Part shown: piece after piece, positions 24,660-37,451 of the stretch | Numbering within the stretch: position 1 is the first letter of the stretch | How the letters are laid out: every line of letters begins with the position of its first letter | Assembly (NCBI RefSeq): GCF_030684315.1 | Contig: NC_081362.1 | Location: 15,742,589-15,806,588, forward strand | Length of the DNA: 64,000 bases | Reading direction: 5' to 3' | From: Stegostoma tigrinum | Lineage: Eukaryota | The notes under the pieces: model-generated | Told to the model about the DNA's origin: nothing | What the model saw: the letters and a program-made list of their open reading frames with translations, nothing else | The model's database searches: none | Program-made: the position numbers and the translations under genes

Positions 24660-25125
24660 CTTGACTAGGCCAACATCCCCAGCATGTGACCACCCTCTAC
24701 TGGCTACCAAGTGCTGGGCTCCCCCAAGCAGGTGCTCTACTCCCAGCTCCGAAACAGCGGGGGGAGTTCAGGGTGGACAGAGGAAGCGTTTCAGTGCTAT
24801 CTTCGAGGCCTCACTGACGAAGTGCAGTTTTCCCACAGGCACCTGGGAATCACTGACCCAAGACCGTCCAAAAGTGGAGGAGGAGCATCTGGGAAGGCGT
24901 CGAGCACCTCGAGACACGCCGTTTGGGGGAGAAAAAAAGCGGAAGTCGGACAGGAACAGCGTTAAGGAAACATGTTGCCATAGCAACACCTCACCCTCCC
25001 CTTCCTTTCCCACCGCCACCACTTTCCCCAAACATGGCAGGGCCTGCAGTAGCTGCATCGGTCTGCATAGCCACCCCAGGGACTCACTCTGAGAGTGTGA
25101 GGGACCACCAATGATGATGACGACT
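24660..25125 (+). mobile_element. RTE-clade LINE 3' fragment
   Basis: PKQVLYSQL, GGQRKRF, WESLTQDR and a terminal C..C.R.C.S.IGL.SH zinc-finger-like remnant across frames; (ATG)n-like tail. Confidence 0.7.
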
Positions 25126-26084
25126 GGTTGCGATAAACTATTGGCTGAGCATTGAGACCTGAAAAGAGTACCGCTTCATATCTCAGGTGGCATTCCTTGT
25201 TTTGACTTCCGGCCCTTCATGTCTCTGCCTGTTCTATGAAGCAGCCAACAAACATGTCCCACTGCACTGGTCTCTTCAGCGGATTTTCTTTTGTCATTTT
25301 CAAGCATACACCCAATTCCCTTCAGAAAGCAATATTGAATTTGCTTCCACTGCAATTGCATTCCCAATCAATCCCAGGGCAAACATGTCTAGGAATATTG
25401 AACAAAGGCAGCTCAATGGTGTTGAGATGCAGATCAGCCACAAACTAGTACAACAGGCCTTTGAGACTGGATGGACTAATTCTGTCCCAATGAATTCCAG
25501 GATAATTTGTGACACTTGAATTTTATGGCATAGTATAAGTTTGGGAGACAGTCTTCCCCACTGACCCAGGACTGTGGCAATGTGTTAGGAGGACTGTTGC
25601 AATTGATGAAATCTTGTATTAATTTCCTGTCACTCCACCTTTGTAACTGAGTGAGATGTGTGTTCATTTCTGGACAGTTATTCTTCCCATGTCTGGTTCA
25701 GCCAGGACAACAAACAGGACTCACTCACCCTCCCTCTCTCACTTAGCAGCTTTTCCCAACCAACCGGCCCAGGCTTTAACCCCATCAATATACCTTTTGG
25801 GGTTTTAACCCTTCTCTGTGGGATATACTATCTCTCCTTGGGGCTTTACCCACTCACAAGTCACTGACCCTTCTCTGTCCACATGGTCATTAACTCCTGT
25901 CTTTGGGGCATTACAACTGCCTCCGTCTACGTATGCATTAACCCTTTCTCAATGGGGGCATTAACACTTCTCCCCCAGCCTTCACCCTACCCCAGGGCAT
26001 TCACACCTCTCCCTTCAAAATCTCTCCTTCCCTGGGGCTTTTCTTCCCCATGTCTTCCTGAGGTTTCAGTCCTGCCTCTTGACT

Positions 26085-26213
26085 CACTTCACTTGACAAA
26101 GGGGCTGCACTCCAAAAGCTTGTGATTTCAAATAAATCTGTTGGACTATGGCCTGGTGTCATGTGACTTCTGACTTTGTCCATCACAGTCCGACACTGGT
26201 ACCTCCACGTCAT
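26085..26213 (+). mobile_element. Terminal repeat of a different Penelope-like family
   Basis: Degenerate hammerhead-like ttgacaaaggggctgcactccaaaagctt (palindromic AGCT), followed by aataaatctgttggactat. Confidence 0.5.
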
Positions 26214-26224
26214 GGAAAATATCA

Positions 26225-26792
26225 TCGCCAGGGAGATATAGGAACTGGGAGATATCAGCAGTTGGAGATGTCAAAACTGGATAATGTCAGCACTGTGAGA
26301 TATCAGCACCAGAAAATATGAGCACTGGGAGATATGAGCACTAGGAGATATCTGCAACAGGAGGTATCTGTACCAGGAGATATTAACGCTAGGAGATGTC
26401 AGCACTGGGAGATAGCAACATCGGGAGATATTACACTGGGAGATACCAACACGAGGGGATATCTGCACCAGGCGATATTAACGCTGGGAGATATCAGCAC
26501 TGGGAGATAGCAACATCGGGAGATATTACACTGGGAGATACCAACATGAGGGGATATCTGCACCAGGAGATATCAGCACTGGGAGTGGTAGAGTTCTACG
26601 CCAGGAGATATGACAGTGGGAGATATAAGGAATGGGAGATATCAGCACCAGGAGATATCAGCACTGAGTGATATCAGCATCAGGAGATATCAGTATTGGG
26701 AGATAAGAACATCAGAAGATATTGAGACCAGGAGGTATTGACACCAGGCAATATCAGCACTGGGAGATATCAGTTCCAGGAGATATCAGCAT
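26225..26792. repeat. ~16-bp minisatellite (GGAGATATCAGCACTG) with a 95-bp higher-order duplication
   Basis: Tandem GGAGATAT-cored units. The block starting attaacgct recurs at 26382 and 26477. Confidence 0.9.
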
Positions 26793-26889
26793 CTATAGCG
26801 CCATCTTAGGTAGAAAGGTAACTAGGTACAGATCTTAGGTACAACACAGAAAAATAAAGAAACAGCATCTAGAAGTTAAACATTATGGC

Positions 26890-27490
26890 CATAGAGTCAC
26901 AGAGTCACACAGCAAGGAAACAGACCCTTCAATCCAACAAGTCTATGCCAACCATGTTCTCAGACTAAACTAGTCCCACCCACCTGCATTTGTCTCATAT
27001 CCCTCCAAACCCTCCCTCTTCATGGGCCTATCCAAATATCGTTTAGATGTTGTAACTGTACTTGCATTCATCACACTGTCTGGCAGTATTCCACACACAA
27101 TCCACTCTGTTTAAAAATATTGCTCGCCTCTTATCTTAGAAATATGCCCCCTGGTTTTGGACTCCCCTACCCTGGGGAAGACCCTTGCTATTCACTCTAT
27201 CCATGCCCCTCATAATTTTACAAACCTCTATAAGGTCACCCCTCAAACTCCTTTGCTCCAGTGAACACCCAGCCTATCCAGTCTCTCCATACAATGCAAA
27301 CCCTCCAGTCCTGGCAACATCCTGGTAAATCTTTTCTAAACCCTCTCCAAATTAATAATATCCTTCCTGTATCAGGATAACCGGAACTGCACACAGTCCT
27401 CAAGAAGAGGCCTAGCCAGCATCCTGTACAAACTCAACATGACATCCCAACTCCTATACTCAAAGATCTGAGCAATGGAAGGAAACACAG
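26890..27490 (-). mobile_element. CR1 3' fragment
   Basis: YRSWDVMLSLYRMLARPLLEDCVQF remnant; agagtcacagagtc tail. Confidence 0.8.
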
Positions 27491-27569
27491 TTAACAGTTC
27501 AACAACATAATCTCTACACGCCTGGCCTACTGGACTTGTGCTCCTCGCTAGGGTTTGAGCTTGCTCATA

Positions 27570-28260
27570 GATAGTAGGAACTGCCGATGCTGGACAATCT
27601 GAGTTAACAAGGTGTAGAGCTGGATGAACACAGCAGGCCAAGCAGCATCAGAGGAGCAGGAAAGCTGATGTTTTGGGTATGGACCCTTCTTCAGAAATGG
27701 GGGAGGGGAAGTGGGCTCTGAAATAAATAGAGAGAGGGGGAAGGCGATGATAGAAGGTGGATAATGCAGCAGATGGGTGGAGAGAAGACGGACAGGTCAA
27801 GGAGGCGGTGATGAAGCCAGTGAAGGTGAGTGTAGGTAGGGAGTTAGGATAGGTGTTGGTCAGTGGAGATAGAGGGGTGTGTAGGTGGGAGGGAAGATGG
27901 ACAGGTCAAGGAGGCAGAGATGAGGCTAGAAGGTGGGACCTGGGTGTGTGGGTTGATCAGTTAGGTGGGAGAGAAGATTGACAGGTCAAGGAGGCGGGGA
28001 TGAGAGGGGCTGGTCTTTGGTTCAGGTCGGGGGTGGGGAGATTTTGAAGCTTGTAAAGTCCACATTGAGACCATTGGGCTGCAGGGTTCCCAAGCGGAAT
28101 ATGAAGTGCTTTTCTTCCAGCCTTCGGATGGCATCGTTGTGGCAATGCAGAAGGCCCAGGATGGATGCGTCATCCAGGGAGTGGGAGGGGCGCTGAAGTG
28201 GTTCACAACTGGGAGGTGTTGTCGTATGTCATGAACCAAGCATAGGTGTTCCACAAAGCT
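27570..28260 (-). mobile_element. Penelope-like element 3' end with pseudo-LTR
   Basis: FVEHL..V.D.RQHLPVVNHF, then frameshifted LGLLHCHND..RRLEE.HFIFRLGTLQPNGLNVDF; pyrimidine-rich UTR; degenerate hammerhead and terminal repeat at 27570-27695. Confidence 0.8.
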
Positions 28261-28894
28261 CATGCTGCCCCCTGGGCTGCTTGCTTTCACCCCTTCAGGG
28301 TGCATGTTCCAATTCTTGTCACCCCCCCAGACCTTGGGCTATCTGTTCCTACTCTCATCTTCGCTCATCATGACTGCCATTGATGTTGGGTTCACTCTCC
28401 CCACACTGACTCGATACCCTCCACAACAATCTCCTCTGTGCTGCACAAACTCACACCTCACATATGGTAATAATGAGGTAAGTGTCCACCCACTTATCCC
28501 ACACATCCCTGAGTGCGTCACTTTGTGACCTTCCTTCTGGGTATAGCATAAGTTCTGGTTGGGGGTGAATCATTAACTCCACAGCAGACCTGGCCCAATT
28601 GGAAAGTAATTTTGCCGCCAGCATTCAGCAGTGAGATAAATCACCAACTACTAATATCTTTTTTCTCCCACTTCTGCTTGTAGGTCATGCCAATGAGGCC
28701 TCTCCTTGTAGATTCAGAAAGCCATTGGCTACAAACATGTTGTCCAGCAGGTCTGGGTTCATCAAGTCACCCTACTGGATGCAACTCACTCCCATGTTCT
28801 GTCATCTGATGCTTGTCTGACAGAAGACACGCTGTCTGTGAACTGTACCTCCTATTGTCCAACATAAAAGGATTAGCTGATCCTCATATTACAT

Positions 28895-29199
28895 AATCCC
28901 TACAGTGCAGAAAGAGGCATTTGGATCCTTGAGTCTGCTCTGACCCTCCAAAGAGTATCCCACCCAAATCCAGCCCCCTACTCTATCTCTATAACCCTAC
29001 ATTTCCCCATGGCTAATCCATCTAGTCTGCACATCCCTGGACACTATGAGCAATTTAGCATGGCCAATCTATGCTAACCTGCACATCTTTGGACTGTGGG
29101 AGGAAACTGGAGCACCCGGAGAAAACCCACACAGACACAGGGAGAATGTGCGAACTCCACACAGACAGTCACCCGAGGCTGGAATCGAACCTGGGACCC
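28895..29199 (-). mobile_element. HE1-type SINE, head truncated and fused to a Penelope fragment
   Basis: V-domain and B box are present; A box is missing at the junction. Confidence 0.8.
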
Positions 29200-29695
29200 A
29201 GCCCAATGGTATCAATGTGGACTTCATCAGCTTCAAAATCTCCCCTTCCCCCACCGTATCCCACAACCAGCCCAGTTTGTCCCCTCCCCCCACTGCATCA
29301 CACAACCAGCCCAGCTCTTCCCCTCCCCCCACTGCATCCCAAAACCAGCCCAGCCTCTCTCTGCCTCCCTAACCTGTTCTTCCTCTCACCCATCCCTTCC
29401 TCCCACCCCAAGCCGCACCTCCATTTCCTACCTACTAACCTCATCCCACCTCCTTGACCTGTCCGTCTTCCCTGGACTGACCTATCCCCTCCCTAACTCG
29501 CCACCTATACTCTCCTCTCCACCTATCTTCTTTTCTCTCAATCTTTGGTCTGCCTCCCCCTCTCTCCCTATTTATTCCAGAACCCTCTCCCCTTCCCCCT
29601 CTCTGATGAAGGGTCTAGGCCCGAAACGTCAGCTTTTGTGCTCCTGAGATGCTGCTTGGCCTGCTGTGTTCATCCAGCTTTGCACTTTATTATCT
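29199..29695 (+). mobile_element. Penelope-like element 3' end with intact hammerhead core
   Basis: QPNGINVDFISFKI, three ~39-bp internal repeats, CT-rich UTR, CTGATGA-AGGGTCTAGGCCC-GAAAC-GTC at 29603-29630. Confidence 0.8.
29603..29630 (+). ncRNA. Minimal (Penelope-type) hammerhead ribozyme core
   Basis: CUGAUGA box, GC-rich helix II (GGGUC/GGCCC), GAAA box, palindromic ACGU helix III and GUC cleavage triplet. Helix I is weak; activity not shown. Confidence 0.55.
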
Positions 29696-30628
29696 GTGAT
29701 CGCTTGATTTGTTGGTTCTGGAAGAAGAAGAAACACTTCAAATACCAAAGCCAACTATGAGCCAGACTCTGAGCCAACATAGTTGGAGAGCATCGTTGAC
29801 ATTGAACGCCATTAACAGGAGTTGCATCTGATTCTTAATGATTTTCTGGAGTCAGTACATTTTCCTCAATGCCTCCCTCGCTTTTTATGCTGTTAAGGAA
29901 GGTGAACCTCTTGGTGTTGCCTTGAGTTGTAGAGTTCCTAGACATTTTCCATTCACGGTTGTTTTACCTGGAAACCAGCTCACAAGCACAAGTAGGTGAA
30001 GAAGTCTGGCTGGGTGAGTGTTGCCAACACTGAGTGACCTCTGATTTCCTACCTTTAACTGCCTCACTTCCCAAGTTCCCACTTTCGGTCACTAGACATC
30101 AATTTTCCCAGTGCTGATTGGATAATTCTTGAATCTCAGTCTTCTTTCCTTCATCTGCAATATGTTAATCGCTAACTGAAAAAAGTGGGGGACAAAAGCC
30201 CTCAATATTTCCTTTAACATTCTGAACATATTATTCACTAAGTTTTCTCGTAGCAGTGACCCCCCCCCACCCCCCCCACCCCGGAGATTAATTCCTGGAG
30301 ACTCCAGGCCAATTCTGTAAGATAAGCAACTCTGGGGCGGATGGCCCAGCAGGTGAGCAGTGGAATCCTGTTCCCTCTGGGTGATCAAGAGAGATAGAGG
30401 CTGGACACTGGCTCTAAGGTACATTACAGGTGGCACGTTACAAGGTCCAGGACCAAGGGACTCAGAAAAACATGGGACAGCTGCCACACAGGCAGAATGG
30501 GAAAGATCTAGAGGTCTAAGGTCCTCCCTGCACAGTAAACCAATAAGCAGGAAACCAGTTAAAATCTGTGGGCTATACATTTGACATGTAATGAACATTG
30601 TGATTATTGACTGTAATTGTAGCAAGTA

Positions 30629-30943
30629 TCATAGAGTTCCTATGAGCCCATCACATCAGCACCAATCTGGGGATCCCACCCAGACCTAATCCCCTACCCA
30701 ATCCCTGTAACCCTGCATTTCCTAAGGCTAACGCACATAGTCTGCACACTATGGAGCAATTTAGCATGTCCACCAAACCTGCACATCTTTGGACAATGGG
30801 AGGAAACCATAGCACCTGGAGGAAATCCACACAGACACAGGGAGGATGTGCAATCTCCAGATAGTCACCCAACGGTAGAATTGAACCCAGATCCCTGGTG
30901 CTGTGAGACAGCCACGCTAACCGCTGAGCCACTGTGCCAGCCA
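30629..30943 (-). mobile_element. HE1-type SINE
   Basis: Full head-to-tail similarity with the other copies. Confidence 0.8.
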
Positions 30944-31020
30944 TAACATTATGATTTGTTTAGTACTTTATGTAATGTAATCTTTGAGTGATCATGTAAC
31001 ACATCTTTATAAATTTTATG

Positions 31021-34000
31021 AACATAGGACATAGAACATTACAGCACAGTACAGGCCCTTCGGCCCTTGATGTTGTGCCGACCTGTCATACCGATCTCAA
31101 GCCCATCTAACCTACACTATTCCATGTACGTCCATAAACTTGTCCAATGATGACTTAAATGTACCTAAAGTTGGCAAATCTACTACCGTTGCAGGCAAAG
31201 CCTTCCATTCCCTTACTACTCTCTGAGTAAAGAAACTACCTCTGACATCTGTCCTATATCTTTCACCCCTCAATTTAAAGCTATGCCCCCTCGTGCTCGC
31301 CGTCACCATCCTAGGAAAAAGGCTCTCCCTATCCACCCTATCTAACCCTCTGATTATTTTATATATCTCAATTAAGTCACCTCTCAACCTTCTTCTCTCT
31401 GATGAAAACAGCCTCAAGTCCCTCAGCCTTTCCTCGTAAGACCTTCCCTCCATACCAGGCAACGTCCTAGTAAATCTCCTCTGCACCCTTTCCAAAGCTT
31501 CCACATCCTTCTTATAATGCGGTGACCAGAACTGTACACAATACTCCAAGTGCGGCCGCACCAGAGTTTTGTACAGCTTCACCATAACCTCTTGGTTCTG
31601 GAACTCGATCCCTCTATTAATAAACGCTAAAACACTGTATGCCTTTTTAACAGCCCTGTCAACCTGGGTGACAACTTTCACGGATCTGTGTACATGGACA
31701 CCGAGATCTCTCTGCTCATCTACACTACTAAGAATCTTACCATTAGCCCTTCTGGTTACTCCTACCAAAGTGCATCACCTCGCACTTGTCTGCATTAAAC
31801 TCCATTTGCCACCTCTCAGCCCAGCTCTGCAGCTTATCTATGTCTCTCTGCAACCTACAGCATCCTTCGTCACTATCCACAACTCCACTGACCTTAGTGT
31901 CGTCTGCAAATTTACTGACCCATCCTTCTACGCCCTCATCCAGGTCATTTATAAAAATGACAAACAGCAGTGGACCCAACACCGACCCTTGCGGTACACC
32001 ACTAGTAACTGGTCTCCAGGATAAACATTTCCCATCAACTACCACCCTCTGTCTTCTTTCAGCAAGCCAATTTCCGATCCAAACTGCTATATCTCCCACA
32101 ATTCCATTCCTCCGCATTTTGTACAATAGCCTATTGTGGGGAACCTTATCGAACGCCTTGCTGAAATCTATATACACCACATCAACCAGTTTACTCTCAT
32201 CTACCTGTTTGGTCACCTTCTCAAAGAACTCAATAAGGTTTGTGAGGCACGACCTTCCCTTCACAAAACCGTGCTGACTATCCCTAATCAATTTATTCTT
32301 TTCTAGATGATTATAAATCCTATCCCTTATAAGGTTTTCCAACACTTTACCAACAACTGAGGTAAGGTTCACTGGTCTATAATTACCAGGGTTGTCTCTA
32401 CTCCCCTTCTTGAACAGGGGAACCACATTTGCTACTCTCCAGTCATCTGGCACTATTCCTGTAGACAATGACGAGTTAAAGATCAATGCCAAAGGCTCGG
32501 CAATCTCCTCCCTGGCTTCCCAGAGGATCCGAGGATAAATCCCATCCGGCCCAGGGGACTTATCTATCTTCACCCTCTGTAGGATTTCTAATACCTCTTC
32601 CTTGTGAACCTCAATCCCACCTAGTCTAGTAGCCTGTATCTCAGTATTCTCCTCAACAACATTGCCGTTTTCCAGAGAGAATACTGTTGAAAAATATTCA
32701 TTTAGCGCTTCCCCTATCTCATCTGACTCCACACACAACTTACCACTACTATCCTTGATTGGGCCTAATCTTACTTTCGTCATTCTTGTATTCCTTAAAT
32801 ACCTGTAGAAAGCCTTAGGGTTTACCCTGATCCTATCCGCCAACAACTTCTCATGTCTCCTCCTGGCTCCTCTGAGCTCTCTCTTTAGGTCTTTCCTGGC
32901 TACCTCGTAGCCCTCAAGCACCCTAACTGAGCCTTCACATCTTATCCTAACATAAGCCTTCTTCTTCCTCTTGACCAGAGATTCCACCTCCTTCGTAAAC
33001 CACGGCTCCCGCACTCTACAGCTTCCTCCCTGCCTGACAGGTACATACTTATCTAGGACAACACAGGAGCTTTTCCATGAATAAGCTCCACATTTCTACT
33101 GTGCCCATCCCCTGCAGTTTCCTTCCCCATCCTACGTTCCCTAAATCTTGCCTAATCTCATCGTAATTGCCTTTCCCCCAGCTATAACTCTTGCCCAGTG
33201 GTATACACCTATCCCTTTCCATCACTAAAGTAAACATAACAGAATTGTGATCGCTATCACCAAAGTGCTCACCTACTTCCAAATCTAACACCTGGCCAGG
33301 CTCATTACCCAGTACCAAATCTAATGTGGCTTCGCCCCTTGTTGGCCTATCTACATACTGTGTCAGGAAGCCCTCCTGCACACACTGGACAAAAACTGAC
33401 CCATCTATAGTACTCGAACTATAGTGTTCCCAGTCAATATTTGGAAAGTTGAAGTCCCCCATGACAACTACCCTGTCTCTCTCACTCCTATCGAGAATCA
33501 TCTTTGCTATCCTTTCCTCTACATCTCTGGAACTATTCGAAGGCCTACAGAAACCTCCCAACAGGGTGACCTCTCCTTTCCTGTTTCTAACCTCAGCCCA
33601 TACCATCTCAGTTGACGAGTTCCCAAACATCCTTTCTGCAACTGTAATACTGTCCTTGACCAACAATGCCACACCTCTGCCCCTTTTACCATCTTCTCTG
33701 TTCTTACTGAAACAACTAAATCCCGGAACCTGCAACAACCATTCCTGTCCCTGCTCTATCCATGTCTCCGAAATGGCCACAACATCGAAGTCCCAGGTAC
33801 TAACCCATGCTGCAAGTTCATCCACCTTATTCCGGATGCTCCTGGCATTGAAGTAGACACACTTCAAACCAACTTCTTGCTTGCCGGTGCCATCTTGCGT
33901 CCCTGAAACTTTATTTCGGACCACCCTACTCTCAACCTTTTCTATACTCGAACTACAATTTTGGTTCCCATCCCCCTGCTGAATTTGTTTAAACCCACCC

Positions 34001-34540
34001 GAATAGCCTTAGCAAATTTCCCCCCCCAGGATATTGGTACCCCTCTGGTTCAGGTGAAGACCATCTTGCTTGTAGAGGTCCCACCTACCCCAGAAAGAGC
34101 CCCAATTATCCAAGAATCCAAAACCCTCCCTACTGCACCATCCCTGTAGCCACGTGTTCAACTCCTCTCTCTCCCTATTCCTCGCCTCACTAGCACGTGA
34201 CACGGGCAAGAAACCAGAGACAACAACTCTGTTCGTCCTAGCTCTCAGCTTCCATCCTAGCTCCCTGAATTTCTGTCTTAAATCCCCATCTCTCTTCCTA
34301 CCTATGTCGTTGGTGCCAATGTGGACCACAACTTGGGGCTGCTCCCCCTCAAGGATCCCAAAAACACGATCAGAGACATCATGCACCCTGGCACCTGGGA
34401 GACAACACACCAACCGTGAGTCTCTCTCGTCCCCACAGAACCTCCTATCTGTCCCCCTAACTATGGAGTCCCCAATGACTAATGCTCTGCTCCTCTTCCC
34501 CCTTCCCTTCTGAGCAGCAGGGAAAGACTCTGTGCCAGAG
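31021..34540 (-). mobile_element. Young CR1-clade LINE, 5'-truncated within ORF1, with frameshifted ORF2
   Basis: ORF1 SGNH/GDSL esterase remnant 34009-34413 (PGA, HIGTND, DGLHL). APE endonuclease 33049-33924 (SETW, GDFN, SDH). RT 31743-33014 ([18 protein letters not shown]). C-terminal piece 31112-31768 (VRPHLEYCVQFWSP). Short (ctatgtt)-type 3' tail at ~31021-31038. Confidence 0.95.
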
Positions 34541-35027
34541 ATAAGATAAATATTTGAACAAAAAAGTTATGATATAGATCTAATTCCATGGGATCAGGTA
34601 GGGGGCTGAATGGCCTCCTGCTGTTCCTGTGTTCCTAGACTGGGAGTCATCCCTGCCAGAGAAAATAAATCAGGTTACAAGAAGTGTTTTGATGCAGAGG
34701 CTTTTATGGCAATGAGTCATTCAAAATTGCATATTTCAAATAATCTTAAAAAGCAATTTTTTTTAGTGCTAAGTCCCTGGTTAGCTGCCATTATTCATTT
34801 ATTTAATTCAGGTTATTAAGTTACATGTTTCTTTGGAGGACTGATACTTACATAATGCATTACACAACTTCAGGGTGTACCAAAGTGCTTCACATCTGAT
34901 GAAAGTCTTTTGAAGAGAGCTCACAAACATAGCGTAGAGAAATACAGTAGTCAGCTCCCACAAACAGCAATGAAATTATAGTGATTGTAATGTGGTCAGC
35001 CAGTTATAAAACGTGAGATTGTATTAG

Positions 35028-35140
35028 AGATAATAAGAACTGCAGATGCTGGAGAATCCAAGATAACAAAGTGTGAAGCTGGATGAACACAGCAGGCCAA
35101 GCAGCATCTTAGGAGCACAAAAGCTGACGTTTTGGGCCTG
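35028..35140 (-). mobile_element. Single-arm Penelope pLTR copy, apparently inside an LTR-like relic (~34987-35301)
   Basis: Same aactgcagatgctggagaatc...gacgtttt sequence as the other copies. Confidence 0.7.
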
Positions 35141-36879
35141 CTTCAATCAGGGAGCTGCAGCTGACAGATATAAACAGGAGTGTTAAGGGCTCCATTCACT
35201 GTGAGAATGACTCTGAGGAAGCTGCACCAGTGCCAAGTACTATGTTCATTTAAATAAAGGGTGACTTGGTGTTAGATACCAGTCTCTGTGGAGTTATTTC
35301 CAAAATAGTATCCAGTTTGAGCCAATGGAAGTACCTCTCAGCAAGGCTCGAAGAGGACATTCCAGTGCTATACTGAGAGTGTGCTGCACTGTCTGAGGTG
35401 CTGTCTTTTAAATGACACATTCAATCGAGACCCCATCTACATGCTTGGAAGGATGCAAAAGATCCCATTGCACTATTTCAGAGTATTGCAGGCATTCTCA
35501 TTAATATTCAGCTCTAAATCAACATCACCAGAGGGGTTTATCTGAACATTATCACATTGGTGTTTGGGAGAGTTTTCTGAGTGTTTATTGACTGCCTATT
35601 TCCCACATTGCAACAGTGAAGATGCATCAAAAGGAAATTCATTGGCTGCAAGATGCTTTGAGATATCTATGGTTGTAAAAGCGCTATATATGTGTAAAGC
35701 CTTTGTTTCTTATTTTAAATGTTGGTTGAAATGAATGCTGCTGTCAGAGAGAGGCACAGTTCTCCTTTGAATAGATACTTTTAAGCCCTAGTTTGGAGGC
35801 TTAGTTTAATGGTTCATCCAAAAGACTGCTTGTCTAACAGTGCAGCACTCCCTCACTATTGCACTGTAGCGTCCGTCCAAATTTTGACCTCAATTTTCTC
35901 AAGTCAGGGTTGAATCCATGACCTTCTGACTCAGTGATAAGATTGCTACCATCGCAGCTGGATCCAAATAAACCCTAAATTTGAAACAGAACAGAAATTG
36001 CTGCAGAAACTTCTCATTTCATTAAATCTTAAGTTTAATTTCTTTTCTTTGCTCCGCATCTTGCATTTGATGGTCAGCTGAGCTTCAGAAGTTGCAAACC
36101 AAACTTGCCCCAAATGAATGGTATACATTCAGTCATTACTCCTAGGGAAAAAAGAGGGAATCGTGCTAAGTAAAAGCTGGCAGTATTGTGACCCCCTTCA
36201 AATTTGGTCTTTATTACCCCAATGCCTGATCTTCACCAGGCTGTAGAGGAGCTTGGGGATGGTGAGGGGAGATTGTGGGGATGATGGCAGGGTTGGAATG
36301 AAGCAAGAAACATCTGGGGGAGGTAAAGGCCTCTCTGGTAGGCAGTAGAGACTGATTTGTCAAATAATGCTGCACACTTAAGAAAATGGGACGGGCACCA
36401 GCACACTAAAGATTGGAACTATGGCATTATTCTGCCGCGACACTGCCCATTTTGCAGGGTGAAATTGTTGGAAGGTGGAGTATTTCATCCCGTCCTTTGC
36501 GTCCTGGCTCAGGTTACGTGGAAAAGGAAAGGTCCATAAAGAGCAATTGAGGGCCAAGGTGTGACTTTATTGGTTTTGAAGGCCTGAATGCTTTTGAAAT
36601 ACGTGAGTCGGTCTTCATTAGTGAATGGGGCTGGTCTTCAGCAACCCTCCCAAATCTCACTGACGGCAGTCTGCTTTATAGGCAGTGCTGGGCAGCCAAG
36701 CTTCATCTGCCTTGGTGGCTGTGGAGTTAGACCTCAGCAACTGCACAAGGTAACCAACAGCCGTACGATTGGCTCCCTAGTGGGTTGTAGTTTAGAGATT
36801 TAGCTGATCCCTGTCTGGGTGTAGAGTGAGATGGTGCTGCTGATGGCATGCCCACCAATGTGGCAGTGATTAAAATCAG

Positions 36880-37451
36880 GGCTGTAGTATCTACTGGTTG
36901 TAGAAGGGCACAGAGGGAAAACTCAACCTCCCAATGACCATCCACCATCTACAAGGCATAAATTGGGAAGGTGTGATTGAATACTTCCCACTTGCCTGGA
37001 TGAGTGCAGACCCAACAACACTCAAGAAACTTGACATTATCCAGGGCAAAATTTGTTTGGCACTCTATCCACGCCCTTAAACATTCACTTCCTCCACCTC
37101 TGACACACAGTGATGGCAGGGTGTACCATCTGCAAGACGTACTGCAGTAACTCACCCAGACTACTTCACCATCACCTTGTAAACCCGCGTCCTCTACCAT
37201 CAGGAAGAACAAGGGCAGCAGGTACCGAGGAATAACACCTACAAGTTCTCGCCAAGCCATCATCACCCTGACCTGTACATATATTGCCGTTCCTCCGCTG
37301 TTGTTGGGTCAAAATCCGAAGACTCCCTCACTAATTGCACTGTACAGCACATGATCTGCAGTGGTTTAAGAAGGATGCTCAACTCCATCTCCTCCAGGGC
37401 AATTAAAGGTGGGCAATAAATGTGTTTCTAGCCAATGACCACATCCCATGA
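36880..37451 (+). mobile_element. 3' fragment of the same old LINE family
   Basis: Reverse-complement similarity to 46100-46600; ends gggcaataaatg...ccacatcccatgaa. Confidence 0.7.

Noticed and set aside
20222-26792. CRISPR-like appearance of the regular arrays
   Set aside because: No unique spacers, no cas genes, vertebrate context.
31569-34513. Plus-strand ORFs overlapping the CR1
   Set aside because: Antisense shadows of LINE coding sequence.
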